Source: an uncultured Anaerolineales bacterium (GTDB lineage Bacteria > Chloroflexota > Anaerolineae > Anaerolineales > UBA6663). From it: a stretch of 52,497 nt of DNA. Positions 15,723 through 25,160 of this stretch are shown one piece after another. The stretch covers positions 1-52,497 of the forward strand of contig CAYUFY010000001.1 in the NCBI GenBank assembly GCA_964443795.1, in the 5' to 3' direction. Each line of letters starts with the position of its first letter. Within the stretch, counting starts at the first letter, position 1. Under the pieces are notes generated by a model. The model was not told where the DNA came from and searched no databases. It saw only the letters and a list, made by a program, of their open reading frames with translations. A program made the position numbers and the translations under genes.

Positions 15723-16288
15723 GCGGTCTTCAAAAAACGCTTCTCAATTTCAAGAACTTTATCCACGCGCTTTTGGTGGCGTCCGCCGCCAAAGGGGGTG
15801 GCGAGCCAGGTCTGCACGATTTGTTGGGCGAGGTTGACGCCAATCAATCCCGCGCCCAGGGTGAGCACGTTGGCATCGTTGTGCTCGCGGCTGTTGATGG
15901 CGGTGGCATGATCGTAGCACAGGGCGGCGCGCACGCCCGGCACTTTGTTGGCGGCCATGGCACTCCCAATGCCCGCGCCATCCACCACAATGCCGCGCCA
16001 GGCCTCGCCCGTACTCACCAGCCGCGCCACTGCGTAGGCCAGATCGGGATAATCCACAGCATCAGTGGAGTGCGTGCCACAGTCTACTACCGGATAACCC
16101 AGACTGGCAATAAATTCTTTGAGGATCTGTTTGAGGGCGAAGCCGCCGTGGTCCGCGCCCAAAGCGATGGGGCCGGAACCGGCGGGGGAGGCGCTCCGCG
16201 CGGCGGGCGCGGTCTGGCCCAGGGTGCGGTTAACAATGCGCTGTACGATCTCGCGCACTTCGGCTTCAGTCAGATCGCGGGCGGGCAT
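15719..16288 (-). CDS. rpiB: Ribose-5-phosphate isomerase B (RpiB/LacAB family) with an N-terminal encapsulation-peptide-like helix
   Basis: IALGADHGGFALK...G..V.D.G......DYPD.A..VA......G.G..I...G.G..MAANK..GVRAAL. N-terminus: MPARDLTEAEVREIVQRIVNRTL. The start is taken at 16288. Confidence 0.85.
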   Translation of the reverse strand: MPARDLTEAEVREIVQRIVNRTLGQTAPAARSASPAGSGPIALGADHGGFALKQILKEFIASLGYPVVDCGTHSTDAVDYPDLAYAVARLVSTGEAWRGIVVDGAGIGSAMAANKVPGVRAALCYDHATAINSREHNDANVLTLGAGLIGVNLAQQIVQTWLATPFGGGRHQKRVDKVLEIEKRFLKTA

Positions 16289-16292
16289 TGGG

Positions 16293-16976
16293 TTAGTGGG
16301 AGCTGGCGTAGGAGTAGTGCGGCACCAATCCCCAGTCTTTATCAAATGGGAAATAGACCAGCACGGCTTTGCCGATGATGTACTTGCGTTCCAGCGGTCC
16401 CCAACTGCGCGAGTCGGAGGAGCCATTGCGATTGTCGCCCATCACAAAATATTCGGTGGGGGTGAGCGTCCAGGCACCGCCCGAGAGGGGGGGGGCAGCG
16501 ATATAGGATTCCTGCAGGGGTTCGTTATTGACGGTTACCACGCCGCCGGAGATCGCCACCGTCTCACCCGGCAGGCCAATGACGCGCTTGATGAAATCCC
16601 GGTCAATAGCGAGCGGATAATTGAAGACGATGACATCGCCGCGTTGCGGTTCGCCCAGCATGTATGAAATTTTATCTACCAGCACATACTGGCCCGGATG
16701 CACGCTGGGTTCCATGCTGGTGCCCTCGACTTTGAAGCGGCCGGTGGCAAAATTCACGACGGCGTAGATGATGACGGTGAGGAGGACCGTTTCGAGAATT
16801 TCCCGCAGGAGGGCTTGCATGGAAGCCGAAACCGTTGGAGGACTCGCCTCCGACGCGGGCGCGAGTCCCAGGGGCGTGGTCGCAACCGAAGAAATTGGCT
16901 CCGCCGGGGGAGGGGGATTGGAAACAGCAGGGGCGGCTTCCGGCGAATCGGTCGGGGTGGTGGAAGTGAAAGACAA
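16293..16976 (-). CDS. lepB: Signal peptidase I
   Basis: GTSMEPS, GDVIVF, FIKRVIGLPGE and GDNRNGSSDSRSWGP motifs. Confidence 0.9.
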   Translation of the reverse strand: MSFTSTTPTDSPEAAPAVSNPPPPAEPISSVATTPLGLAPASEASPPTVSASMQALLREILETVLLTVIIYAVVNFATGRFKVEGTSMEPSVHPGQYVLVDKISYMLGEPQRGDVIVFNYPLAIDRDFIKRVIGLPGETVAISGGVVTVNNEPLQESYIAAPPLSGGAWTLTPTEYFVMGDNRNGSSDSRSWGPLERKYIIGKAVLVYFPFDKDWGLVPHYSYASSH

Positions 16977-17125
16977 AGCGAACTCCTAACCTACATTGAC
17001 TTACTTAAGATTATACGGCGGGTGCAAGGGGAATGGCAAACCCACTGGTTGGCTAGGTGAGATGAGCGGAGGGCGAATCAAAAATGCGGGCAACCCCAAG
17101 GGGCGCCCGACCGGAGCAGGGTGGG

Positions 17126-18499
17126 TCAATCGTTCTTTTTGCGGAAGCTGAGGCGCAACGGCGTGCCGAGGAAACTATATTCGGCGCGGATGCAGTTTTC
17201 GAGATACCGTTCGTAGGTGAAATGCACCAATTTGGTGTCGTTAACGTGGAAGAGAAACGTGGGCGGATCCACACGGACTTGAGAAGCGTAATTGATTTTA
17301 AGTTGTCGCCCGGCATGGCCCGGCGCGGGGTGGTGGGCCACGGCCTCGCGCACAATCCGATTCAAGTCGGAGGTGGGCACGCGCGAGAGGCGTTCTTCCT
17401 GGACTTGCAAGGCGAGGGGCAAAACTTGCTGGGCGCGCTGGCCGGTCTTGGCCGAGATGAATAGCACGGGCACGTAGTCCAGAAAATGCAGAGTCTCGCG
17501 GAGTTTGCGGGTGTATTCGGGGAGCGTGTGCTCATCTTTTTCCACGGCGTCCCACTTGTTGACGATCACGACCACGCTTTTCAATTCGTCGAGGATGTAG
17601 CCGGCCACATGCGCATCTTGCGCGGTGAATGGTTCGCTGGCATCCACGACCAGCAGGGCCACATCGGCGCGGCCAATGGCCCGGAGCGAGCGCAACACGC
17701 TCCACTGCTCCACGCCGGGGTCAATGTGCCCCCGGCGGCGGATGCCGGCGGTGTCAATCAGCACCACGGGGAGGCCATCATAGGTGAGTTGGGTGTCAAT
17801 CGCGTCGCGGGTGGTGCCGGGGATGGGGCTGACGATGGTCCGCTCTTCACCCAGTAACCGATTGAGCAGGGAGCTTTTGCCCACATTGGGCCGACCGACA
17901 ATGGCGATTTTCACCGCATCGGTCTCGGCCGTTTCCGTGAGGGGCGGCAGGGCCGCAATGACCGCATCCAGCAAGTCGCCAATGCCCGTGCCGTGCACGG
18001 CCGAGATGGCGATGGGTTCGCCCATGCCCAGTTCATAAAACTCCACGGCCTCTTCGCGGCGCTGAAAGTTTTCGGTTTTGTTGACGGCCAGCAACACCGG
18101 CGGGCTGAAAGAACCATCGGGCTGGCGGGTTTGGCGGCGGCGCAGAATATTGGCCACTTCCCGGTCGGCGGCGGTGACGCCGGCTTTGACCTCGGTCATG
18201 AAGATGACCACGTCGGCATCGGTGATGGCGATTTCAGCCTGGGCGCGGATATGTGGGATGAATTGGGCCGAATCTTCCGAGAGCGGGCTGTCGTCCTGAC
18301 CGCGCCGGGCGGGCGGCTCAATGCCGCCGGTATCCACAAGATCAAATTTAACCCCGTTCCATTCGGCTTCCGCTACGAGGCGGTCGCGCGTGGTGCCGGG
18401 GATGTCATCCACCACCGCCAACCGTTCGCCGGTGAGGCGGTTGAATAAGGAAGACTTGCCGACATTGGGCCGACCGACGATAGCGATAAGAGGTTTCAT
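17126..18499 (-). CDS. der: Ribosome-associated GTPase Der/EngA (two G domains plus KH-like)
   Basis: Two GRPNVGKSSL P-loops, DTGG/DTAG and NK.D motifs. The start is taken at MKPLIAIVG. Confidence 0.92.
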   Translation of the reverse strand: MKPLIAIVGRPNVGKSSLFNRLTGERLAVVDDIPGTTRDRLVAEAEWNGVKFDLVDTGGIEPPARRGQDDSPLSEDSAQFIPHIRAQAEIAITDADVVIFMTEVKAGVTAADREVANILRRRQTRQPDGSFSPPVLLAVNKTENFQRREEAVEFYELGMGEPIAISAVHGTGIGDLLDAVIAALPPLTETAETDAVKIAIVGRPNVGKSSLLNRLLGEERTIVSPIPGTTRDAIDTQLTYDGLPVVLIDTAGIRRRGHIDPGVEQWSVLRSLRAIGRADVALLVVDASEPFTAQDAHVAGYILDELKSVVVIVNKWDAVEKDEHTLPEYTRKLRETLHFLDYVPVLFISAKTGQRAQQVLPLALQVQEERLSRVPTSDLNRIVREAVAHHPAPGHAGRQLKINYASQVRVDPPTFLFHVNDTKLVHFTYERYLENCIRAEYSFLGTPLRLSFRKKND

Positions 18500-18581
18500 A
18501 AGTAGAGAGAAGAGACAGGGGACGACAGATAACAGACCACAGTGTACCATCTATACTGCGCGCGGTCACAAATTGCGCTTG

Positions 18582-18650
18582 TGTAGGGCGGGCTTGTCGC
18601 CCGCCGGCTTCGGCACAATAAGGGCGTCACGCTACAAGCGTGCCCGACGG
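18582..18650. repeat. REP-like GC hairpins with ACAAG-type loops
   Basis: GGCGGGC-TTGTC-GCCCGCC (18587-18605) and GTCACGCTACAAGCGTGCCCGAC. The same style occurs at 48805-48823. Confidence 0.7.
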
Positions 18651-18703
18651 AGCCCGCAAACGATGACCGCATTGAGTAGACTAGCCGCGCGGGGCGGTAG
18701 AGG

Positions 18704-19981
18704 TTATGGCTTCTTGGTCGGCGTGGGGGTGATGGGGGTGGGCGTGCCAGTGGTGGCGGGGGTGGGCGTGCTACTCACTTCAATCACCACTTCGATTTGT
18801 GTGATCGAAATAATTTCGGCGCGGAGTTTGTTGGGCAAAAGACTCACTTGCGGCGCGATCTGGTAAGTGCCCGGCGCGAGGTTGGTCAGATCGAGAAACA
18901 CCACCACATCCTCGGGTTTGAGCGCATCCAGCACGGGTAACGGACCCAGCAGGAGCACATCCACGCTGGCGGGGGCCAGTTTGGCGATCAAGCCTGGGCC
19001 GAGGCCCTGGGCCACCAGTTGGCGCGGCACGGTGAGACTGCCTTCGATGGCCGCAATGCTCACTTGCACCAATACGCTCTGTTCCCCGACCGGACTAATG
19101 CCCACGGGCAGGGAGATGGTTAACCGCTGGGCGATGTCATCACTGGCGTTGGTGATATCCAGCGGTTGGGTTTCCACAAACCCGGCGAGTTCACTGATCT
19201 TGAGCGGATCGTTGGAGGACACGGTGATGACCGGGGGGGCCACGGTGATATTGGTGATGCGATACCCGGCGGCGACCTGCCCCTGGGTTACCACTTTAAT
19301 CGCCACGTCCCGGTAACCCGCTTTTTGTTTGATGAGCATAATCACCTGCGCGGTTGGGGGCGTCAGGGTTAGGCCCTTGACCAGCATGCCCGTGGCATCC
19401 ACGGGCATCAGGGTGAGCCATTCATTGAAATCCTGCTTGCGACTGCCAAGGCTCACGAGCGCTACAATCTGGCTCACCTGGTCAACGGCTGATGCTGGTC
19501 CGGTCACGCTGACCGTGGAGGCCGAAAGATTGGCTGGGCTGGCCTCGTAACCTTGCGCTGGTTCGCCGGTGATCTCAACCTTCAGGGGCAACTCGCGCTG
19601 GGCGCGGCTTTCAAACGTCAACCGCAGGGTGGCCGGTTCGAGGTGAATGATGCGCGCGGTGGGGTCATCCAACTGCCAGGTCACCGGGATATCGTGCGTG
19701 CCGGGCGTCTGGCCGGCCAAATCGGCCGAGAGATGAATCTGTTCGGCGGTGAGCGCCTCCCAGAATGAGCGTGGGGCGCGAATGGTCACGGTGGCCTCAG
19801 TGATGATCTCGCCGACGCGGATGAGGTTGCCGGGCATATTTTGCAGGGTGATGACCACCGGCTCGGTGAATGGCCGCTCTTCGTTGGGGTTTTCCTCGTT
19901 GACTGCCACGACCCACACCACGCCGGCCAGCAATAAGGCCAGCAGGAGGGTGCCCACATTGTTCAACCACCAGCGCCCCAT
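18704..19981 (-). CDS. cdaR: CdaR/YbbR-domain regulator of diadenylate cyclase
   Basis: N-terminal TM helix followed by repeated YbbR-like beta modules. The gene lies immediately downstream of cdaA (stop 19983, ATG 19981). The C-terminal tail is Thr/Pro-rich. Confidence 0.75.
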   Translation of the reverse strand: MGRWWLNNVGTLLLALLLAGVVWVVAVNEENPNEERPFTEPVVITLQNMPGNLIRVGEIITEATVTIRAPRSFWEALTAEQIHLSADLAGQTPGTHDIPVTWQLDDPTARIIHLEPATLRLTFESRAQRELPLKVEITGEPAQGYEASPANLSASTVSVTGPASAVDQVSQIVALVSLGSRKQDFNEWLTLMPVDATGMLVKGLTLTPPTAQVIMLIKQKAGYRDVAIKVVTQGQVAAGYRITNITVAPPVITVSSNDPLKISELAGFVETQPLDITNASDDIAQRLTISLPVGISPVGEQSVLVQVSIAAIEGSLTVPRQLVAQGLGPGLIAKLAPASVDVLLLGPLPVLDALKPEDVVVFLDLTNLAPGTYQIAPQVSLLPNKLRAEIISITQIEVVIEVSSTPTPATTGTPTPITPTPTKKP

Positions 19982-19982
19982 C

Positions 19983-20882
19983 TCAGTCGCCCGCGCTTTC
20001 TTTTTTCTTGTCGGGTGGTGGTGCGGGCCGGGCAAACGTTTGCCGCAGGCGGGTGCCGAGCGACAAACTGCCGCGCGGCCGGTAGAAAGCGGTCAGAATG
20101 TTTTTGAGTCGGGCCACGTCGAGGCGGCGGATCATGCGCCCATTGTGCGCCACCGAAATGGCGCTGGTCTCTTCCGAGATGACCAGCGCCACGGCATCGC
20201 TCACCTCGCTGATGCCGAGGGCCGCGCGGTGCCGCAGACCCATTTGCCGGTCGGTGATGGTCTCGCCCGCAGTGAGCGGCATGATGCACGCCGCCGCCAC
20301 CACCCGGTCGCCGCGCAGGATGACCGCCCCATCATGGAGCGGCGTGTTGGGGTAGAAAATTTGCAGGAGCAATTCCGGGGTGAGCGTGGCATCGAGACTC
20401 ACCCCGGTTTCGGCGTAATCCTTGAGGCCGACCTGACGCTCAATGATGATGAGCGCGCCATGGCGCCGCTCGGAGAGCCGCTGGCTGGCGGTGGCAAGCC
20501 CCCCCACGATCTGCTCGATGTCGGCGGCCGTTTCATGCCCGCCCAGGCTGAAGGTCGTGCCCGCGCGGCCTAGGCGTTCGAGCGCGCGCCGGATTTCGGG
20601 CGCGAAGATGACGGGAATGGAGATGAGTAACGCGGGCAGGGTGCTGCGCAGGAGCCACGAAAAGGCGCGCAGGCGTAGGAAGGTGGTCAGTAAGGCGATG
20701 ATGACGATGAGGAAGATGATGCCCCGTAAGAGCACGACGGCCTGGGTGCCGCGCACCAGCGCCAACAGCCCATAGATCGTTAATGTGACGAGGAGGATGT
20801 CAACAACGCTAAGCCAGTCGAGGCGTGAAAAAAGCAGGGAGATTTCAACCAGAATTTCGTTCACGCGACACGCAAGGGCCAA
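19983..20882 (-). CDS. cdaA: Diadenylate cyclase CdaA (DAC domain, membrane anchored)
   Basis: Three N-terminal TM helices. DAC motifs: HGALIII, TPLHDGAVIL, GLRHRAALGISE.SDA..LVISEE. Confidence 0.9.
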   Translation of the reverse strand: MALACRVNEILVEISLLFSRLDWLSVVDILLVTLTIYGLLALVRGTQAVVLLRGIIFLIVIIALLTTFLRLRAFSWLLRSTLPALLISIPVIFAPEIRRALERLGRAGTTFSLGGHETAADIEQIVGGLATASQRLSERRHGALIIIERQVGLKDYAETGVSLDATLTPELLLQIFYPNTPLHDGAVILRGDRVVAAACIMPLTAGETITDRQMGLRHRAALGISEVSDAVALVISEETSAISVAHNGRMIRRLDVARLKNILTAFYRPRGSLSLGTRLRQTFARPAPPPDKKKESAGD

Positions 20883-21020
20883 CCATCAGCGCCGGGCGGC
20901 TTAACACCGGACCGGTCACCGAGGGGGACAAGCCATCCAATCAAATTCGGGCAGGGAAACCGCCGGTCGTGGAGCGGGCCTGGGCCGCTGACCCCACAGG
21001 CCCGACCGGGGCGCGCGCGC

Positions 21021-23366
21021 TCACGCGGAAATTTGCGCCAGCAGTTCTTTGAATTGTTCCGGGTCGTCGGGGCCGAGCGCGATGATGGTCTTGATGGTTT
21101 CGGCGGCCTGGGCGTTCTGCCCGGCGTTGAGCTGGAGCTCGCCGAGTTTTTCATATTGGGTGATGGCGTCGTATTTGCGGCCCATGTCCTGATACATGCG
21201 CGCCAGCCGCGCCAGAATGGCCGTCTCCTCGGGATAGGCGGCGCAGAGTTCTTCCAATAGGCTGACGGCTTTGATGGCATTGCGCGCGGAGAGCAGTTGT
21301 TTCAAACTGCCATCCAGTTCGGCAATGGCGCCTTTGGGGTTGCCCAGGCGGAAATTGAGATCAATGAGCATCGTGCGCGCTTTTTCGTTGTTGGGATCAA
21401 GCACTCGAATTTGCTCATATTCCTTAATGGCCTCGCGCCAATTGAGCAATTGCATATCGAGGTCGCCCAAGTTAAGCAGAATGCGCACGCTCAACGCCGC
21501 AGGTAGGTGATTTTCGCGGGCCACATTGAGCGCGTCCATATACGTCGCGTGCGCGGTCGTCAAATCCGTCAGGGCCACATGGGTCTCGGCTAATTCAATC
21601 GCCTGCTCGACCGCGTCTTCCAGTTTGCCCTGATCCAAATACATGTCAATCACCCGCATGCGGATATCCAAGTCCAGCGGGTTGAGCCGCATGACTTGTT
21701 GCATAATGCGCGTCGCGCGGCCAATTTCGCCGCGTTGCCGATAAGCTTCGGCAATGACCGTGTATTTGGCACTGGCCGCATCGGCTTTATTCTCCGCAGT
21801 GAGAATTTCGGCCATGCGTGTATGCAGGGGGAGATAGGTTGGGGAAAAGTGGAGCGCATAGAAGGCTTCTTCCATGGCCGTCGCCCACATCTGTTGCTTC
21901 ATATAGCGTTCAATATGGCGCATTGACTCAACCGCCTGACCGCCGCCTTCGCTCACCAGTGTATCGGCGAGCGCGGGCACCTGCCCCTCCTCGGCGTTGG
22001 CATCCAGTTGCTGGCGCATCTGCCGGGCGCGCTCTTCCCACCCCTCGCCGCTGAGGAACTTGGCCAGATCGGGGACCATTTTGGCCATGTCGGCTTCGCT
22101 GATGCGGCTCAACGATTCGCTGATCGTTTCATAGGATTCGGCCAGGGCGTCTTGTTTGGCCGGGGCCACGATGAGCATATCCAGGCGCTTGAGGGCATCC
22201 AACAAGTGCGGGAAAGCCTCGCGTAAATTGCCCTCGCGCCGATGGGCCTCGCCCACCCCGTACGCCGCCCCGAACCCCACGTCGGCGCGCCCGATGAGAC
22301 CGGGCAAATACTTCAGCGTCTCCTGCGGTTTGTTGAGGTGCAGTGACAATGCGCCCAGCATAAACTCAATCAGCGGGCTGGTCAGGCCGTTGTCATACGC
22401 GCCTTGATAATTGCTGATGGCGGCTTCGAATTGATTGTTAGAGGTGTTCCCTAGCGCCTCGCCCAGCAGGAGAATGGCCTGCGCGCGGTTGGGCGCTTTG
22501 CCTTTGCCCAGCAACCCGGTGGAGCTTTTGGTGATGGCGCTCACCGACCCGGCGGTCTTGCTGGTGTCGGCATCCTCGTCGAACAGCATCTCGGCCAATT
22601 GTTCCAGCGCGACCTCCTGGGCTTTGTCGAGCTGGGAGGGGATTTTGTCGCCGGGGAGCGGGGTAGATGATTTTTTGCTGGCTTCTTTTTCGAGCGCGGC
22701 CAACGCGCCGGCGTCCAACATCCCGGTCTTTTTGGGCGCGTTGGCGGCGGTGACTTTGGAGAGGACGGGCAGGGCCACGCCCTTGCGCAATTTATCCAGC
22801 GCGTCGCGGACTTCGGGGGAGTTCGGCGCGAGTTGCGCGGCGCGGTTGGCGGCTTGCGTGCCTTTTTCACTATCGCCCATGCGTTGGAAGATGCGGGCCA
22901 CTTCGAGATATTCCAGCACCGCCATTTGGGTTTTGCCGGTGCGCTCGTAGGCCAGCGCCAGCCGCGAGTGGGCGTTGAGGTTGTCGGGGGTCAGCCGCAC
23001 CACGCGGTTCCAGTTTTCAATGGCTTTGGGGATGTCGCGGCGGTTGAGGTGAATCTCGGCCACGGCCAGGTAGGTTTGGGCGGCGTCGGGCAGACGCCCC
23101 AACTGCTCGAAAATCTCGCCGCACTTTTCGGGGGCCACCGGGTCGCCGGGGGTGAGCGAGGCCGCGCGTTGGTAGACTTTAAGCGCGTCGTCGGGCTTAT
23201 CGGCCTGGAGCAGGGCGAACCCCAAACTGGTAAGCGCGTTCGGCTCGTTGGGAAATTCGGTGAGGGCGGCGCGATAGAGGGCCATCGCTTTTTCCGGCTG
23301 CGATTCCCACATCGCATCGGTTGCCCGTTTCATTGCTTGGTCAAATGCTGCGCGATTTCCGGCCAT
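21021..23366 (-). CDS. Large TPR-repeat protein
   Basis: 781 aa with many 34-residue A/Y/L-patterned repeats. Confidence 0.8.
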   Translation of the reverse strand: MAGNRAAFDQAMKRATDAMWESQPEKAMALYRAALTEFPNEPNALTSLGFALLQADKPDDALKVYQRAASLTPGDPVAPEKCGEIFEQLGRLPDAAQTYLAVAEIHLNRRDIPKAIENWNRVVRLTPDNLNAHSRLALAYERTGKTQMAVLEYLEVARIFQRMGDSEKGTQAANRAAQLAPNSPEVRDALDKLRKGVALPVLSKVTAANAPKKTGMLDAGALAALEKEASKKSSTPLPGDKIPSQLDKAQEVALEQLAEMLFDEDADTSKTAGSVSAITKSSTGLLGKGKAPNRAQAILLLGEALGNTSNNQFEAAISNYQGAYDNGLTSPLIEFMLGALSLHLNKPQETLKYLPGLIGRADVGFGAAYGVGEAHRREGNLREAFPHLLDALKRLDMLIVAPAKQDALAESYETISESLSRISEADMAKMVPDLAKFLSGEGWEERARQMRQQLDANAEEGQVPALADTLVSEGGGQAVESMRHIERYMKQQMWATAMEEAFYALHFSPTYLPLHTRMAEILTAENKADAASAKYTVIAEAYRQRGEIGRATRIMQQVMRLNPLDLDIRMRVIDMYLDQGKLEDAVEQAIELAETHVALTDLTTAHATYMDALNVARENHLPAALSVRILLNLGDLDMQLLNWREAIKEYEQIRVLDPNNEKARTMLIDLNFRLGNPKGAIAELDGSLKQLLSARNAIKAVSLLEELCAAYPEETAILARLARMYQDMGRKYDAITQYEKLGELQLNAGQNAQAAETIKTIIALGPDDPEQFKELLAQISA

Positions 23367-23455
23367 AGTGGGGAGAGTATAGCATGGAGGGGAAATGAAT
23401 TACAAATGAAAGTGCGTTGTAATTGGTGGGGTTGGCTGGTTGAAAAGCGCCCCGC

Positions 23456-24433
23456 CTACATCATTTTGCGTTTCGTATGTTGGGCATGATTGGCATGGAG
23501 TTGTTCATATAAAAAGTCGCCGTACACCAGTGGCGCAAAGCGGGCTGGGTTCTCGGCGCTGACACAGGTGGCCAGGGGTTCAATGACGGTGCGGAGGTCG
23601 GGGTCAAAAAAGAACGGACAGGAATAGCGCGCCCGCCCGGAGCGGTTGATGACGCGATGAGGCGTGGAGAGCAAGCGACCATTGCTCCACTGATGGAGCA
23701 TGTCGCCCACGTTCATCACCAGCGTGCCGGGGATGGGCGGCGCGTCAATCCACTCGCCGGCGGGGGTGCGCACTTGCAGACCGCCCACTTCGTCTTGCAT
23801 GAGCAGGGTGAGGAAGCCATAGTCGGTGTGGGGCGAGGAGCCGTATAAATCGTCCGGGCTTTGGGGCGGTTGCGGCGGGTAGTAGAGCAGGCGCAGAAAC
23901 GTGGTGGGGCGGGTGAAGTGCGGGGTGAGCGTGTCGGGCGGCAGGTGCAGGGCCACCGCGACGGCCCGGACCAATTGGCGGGAGAGGTCGCAGAGCGCGG
24001 TGTGGTAGGCCCGCACTGTCGTTCGGAATTCAGGCAACCCGGCGGGCCACTGGTTGGGCCCCGCCAGAAACGCGCCCGCCCGCACGTCCGGGTCATCGTC
24101 GGTCAGTTCGTGCATCATCATGAAGGATTCGCTTTGTTGGGGCTTGGTCACTTTGGCAAGTTTGGTGGTGGTATCGGTGGACGTATTAATGGGGATGAAG
24201 CCCCGATGAAATTCATTAATCTCAATGGCCAGTTTGACCTCGCGCGGCAGGGCGTGAAATTTAGCCGAGGCCTGAAAGAGGTCGTTGATTAATGAAGCGG
24301 GGAGGCCATGATTGGCGAGGTAACCAAACCCGAGGACCGAATACACTTCGTCAATGCGCTGGGCCACTTGCCGCAGGCCCGCCTCATCGCCGGTCTGCAA
24401 GGGGGCGAGGTCAATGATGGGGAGATTGCTCAT
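23456..24433 (-). CDS. 2-oxoglutarate/Fe(II)-dependent oxygenase (isopenicillin-N-synthase-like)
   Basis: LPIIDL start, HxD in SSPHTDYGFLTLL, distal His in STPHRV and RYS. Confidence 0.85.
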   Translation of the reverse strand: MSNLPIIDLAPLQTGDEAGLRQVAQRIDEVYSVLGFGYLANHGLPASLINDLFQASAKFHALPREVKLAIEINEFHRGFIPINTSTDTTTKLAKVTKPQQSESFMMMHELTDDDPDVRAGAFLAGPNQWPAGLPEFRTTVRAYHTALCDLSRQLVRAVAVALHLPPDTLTPHFTRPTTFLRLLYYPPQPPQSPDDLYGSSPHTDYGFLTLLMQDEVGGLQVRTPAGEWIDAPPIPGTLVMNVGDMLHQWSNGRLLSTPHRVINRSGRARYSCPFFFDPDLRTVIEPLATCVSAENPARFAPLVYGDFLYEQLHANHAQHTKRKMM

Positions 24434-24576
24434 GATATTTAATCCTAAGGGGTGAAAGGAATAACGGTTGGATAAAAGCCACCGCACCACGGTGGCCGAT
24501 GACGACAATTATTTTACCCTAATGTGCTCGCGGCCAGCATCCCGAAAATGTGGGGCAGGTGCCGTTGGGGGCGACC

Positions 24577-25158
24577 TTAGCCCCCGGATGCGTTGGCCTG
24601 TGCCTGCCACTCGCGCTGCAACAGACCATACAGCCCGGTGTCCGAAACCTCACCGTTCACAATCCAGCGCTCCCGCAGATCGCCTTCTTTCTGAAAACCG
24701 AGCCGTTCGAGCGTCTTGGCTGAAGCCCGGTTGCGGGGATCAATATCGGCCTCAAGGCGATTAAGATCCAAAGTTTGAAAGGCGTACTGCAGAAGTCCGC
24801 GTAAGGCCTCATGCATATAGCCAACTCCCCAATAGGGCCGCCCCAGAGCATAGCCCATTTCGGCCCGCCGACTGGCGGTGTGGAATTGAAAAAGGGTGCA
24901 CGTCCCCACAAGGGCCTGGTCGGTGCGCCGCTCGATCCCGAATTGCAGGGCGGTGCGGGTGCGATAACCTGCCTGGACATTGATCAGCCACTGTTGAGCC
25001 TCGGATGGATCGGCCCAGGGCGGGTAACTCCAGTAGCGCATCACTTCCGGATGGGAGAAGATGGCGTAAACGGCGGGCAGATCGGCTTCGCTCAAGTAAC
25101 GCAGGGTGAGATTTTTGGTCGGTAGAACGACTGGGTCTAACGAGGGTAGGGCTGGCAC
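24577..25158 (-). CDS. GNAT N-acetyltransferase (RimJ/RimL-like)
   Basis: L.LR.L...D......I...PEV.RYW......GY.LG..YWG.GY..EA...L..YAF..L.L.R.EA..DPRN..S...LE.LGF..EG. Confidence 0.85.
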   Translation of the reverse strand: MPALPSLDPVVLPTKNLTLRYLSEADLPAVYAIFSHPEVMRYWSYPPWADPSEAQQWLINVQAGYRTRTALQFGIERRTDQALVGTCTLFQFHTASRRAEMGYALGRPYWGVGYMHEALRGLLQYAFQTLDLNRLEADIDPRNRASAKTLERLGFQKEGDLRERWIVNGEVSDTGLYGLLQREWQAQANASGG

Positions 25159-25160
25159 GG

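Noticed and set aside
18704-20882. An apparent 53-nt overlap of cdaA and cdaR, considered as an unusual arrangement.
   Set aside because: Using the internal ATG at 19981 (MGRWWLNN, directly before the TM helix) removes the overlap. A stop and start separated by 1 nt is the ordinary coupled arrangement.
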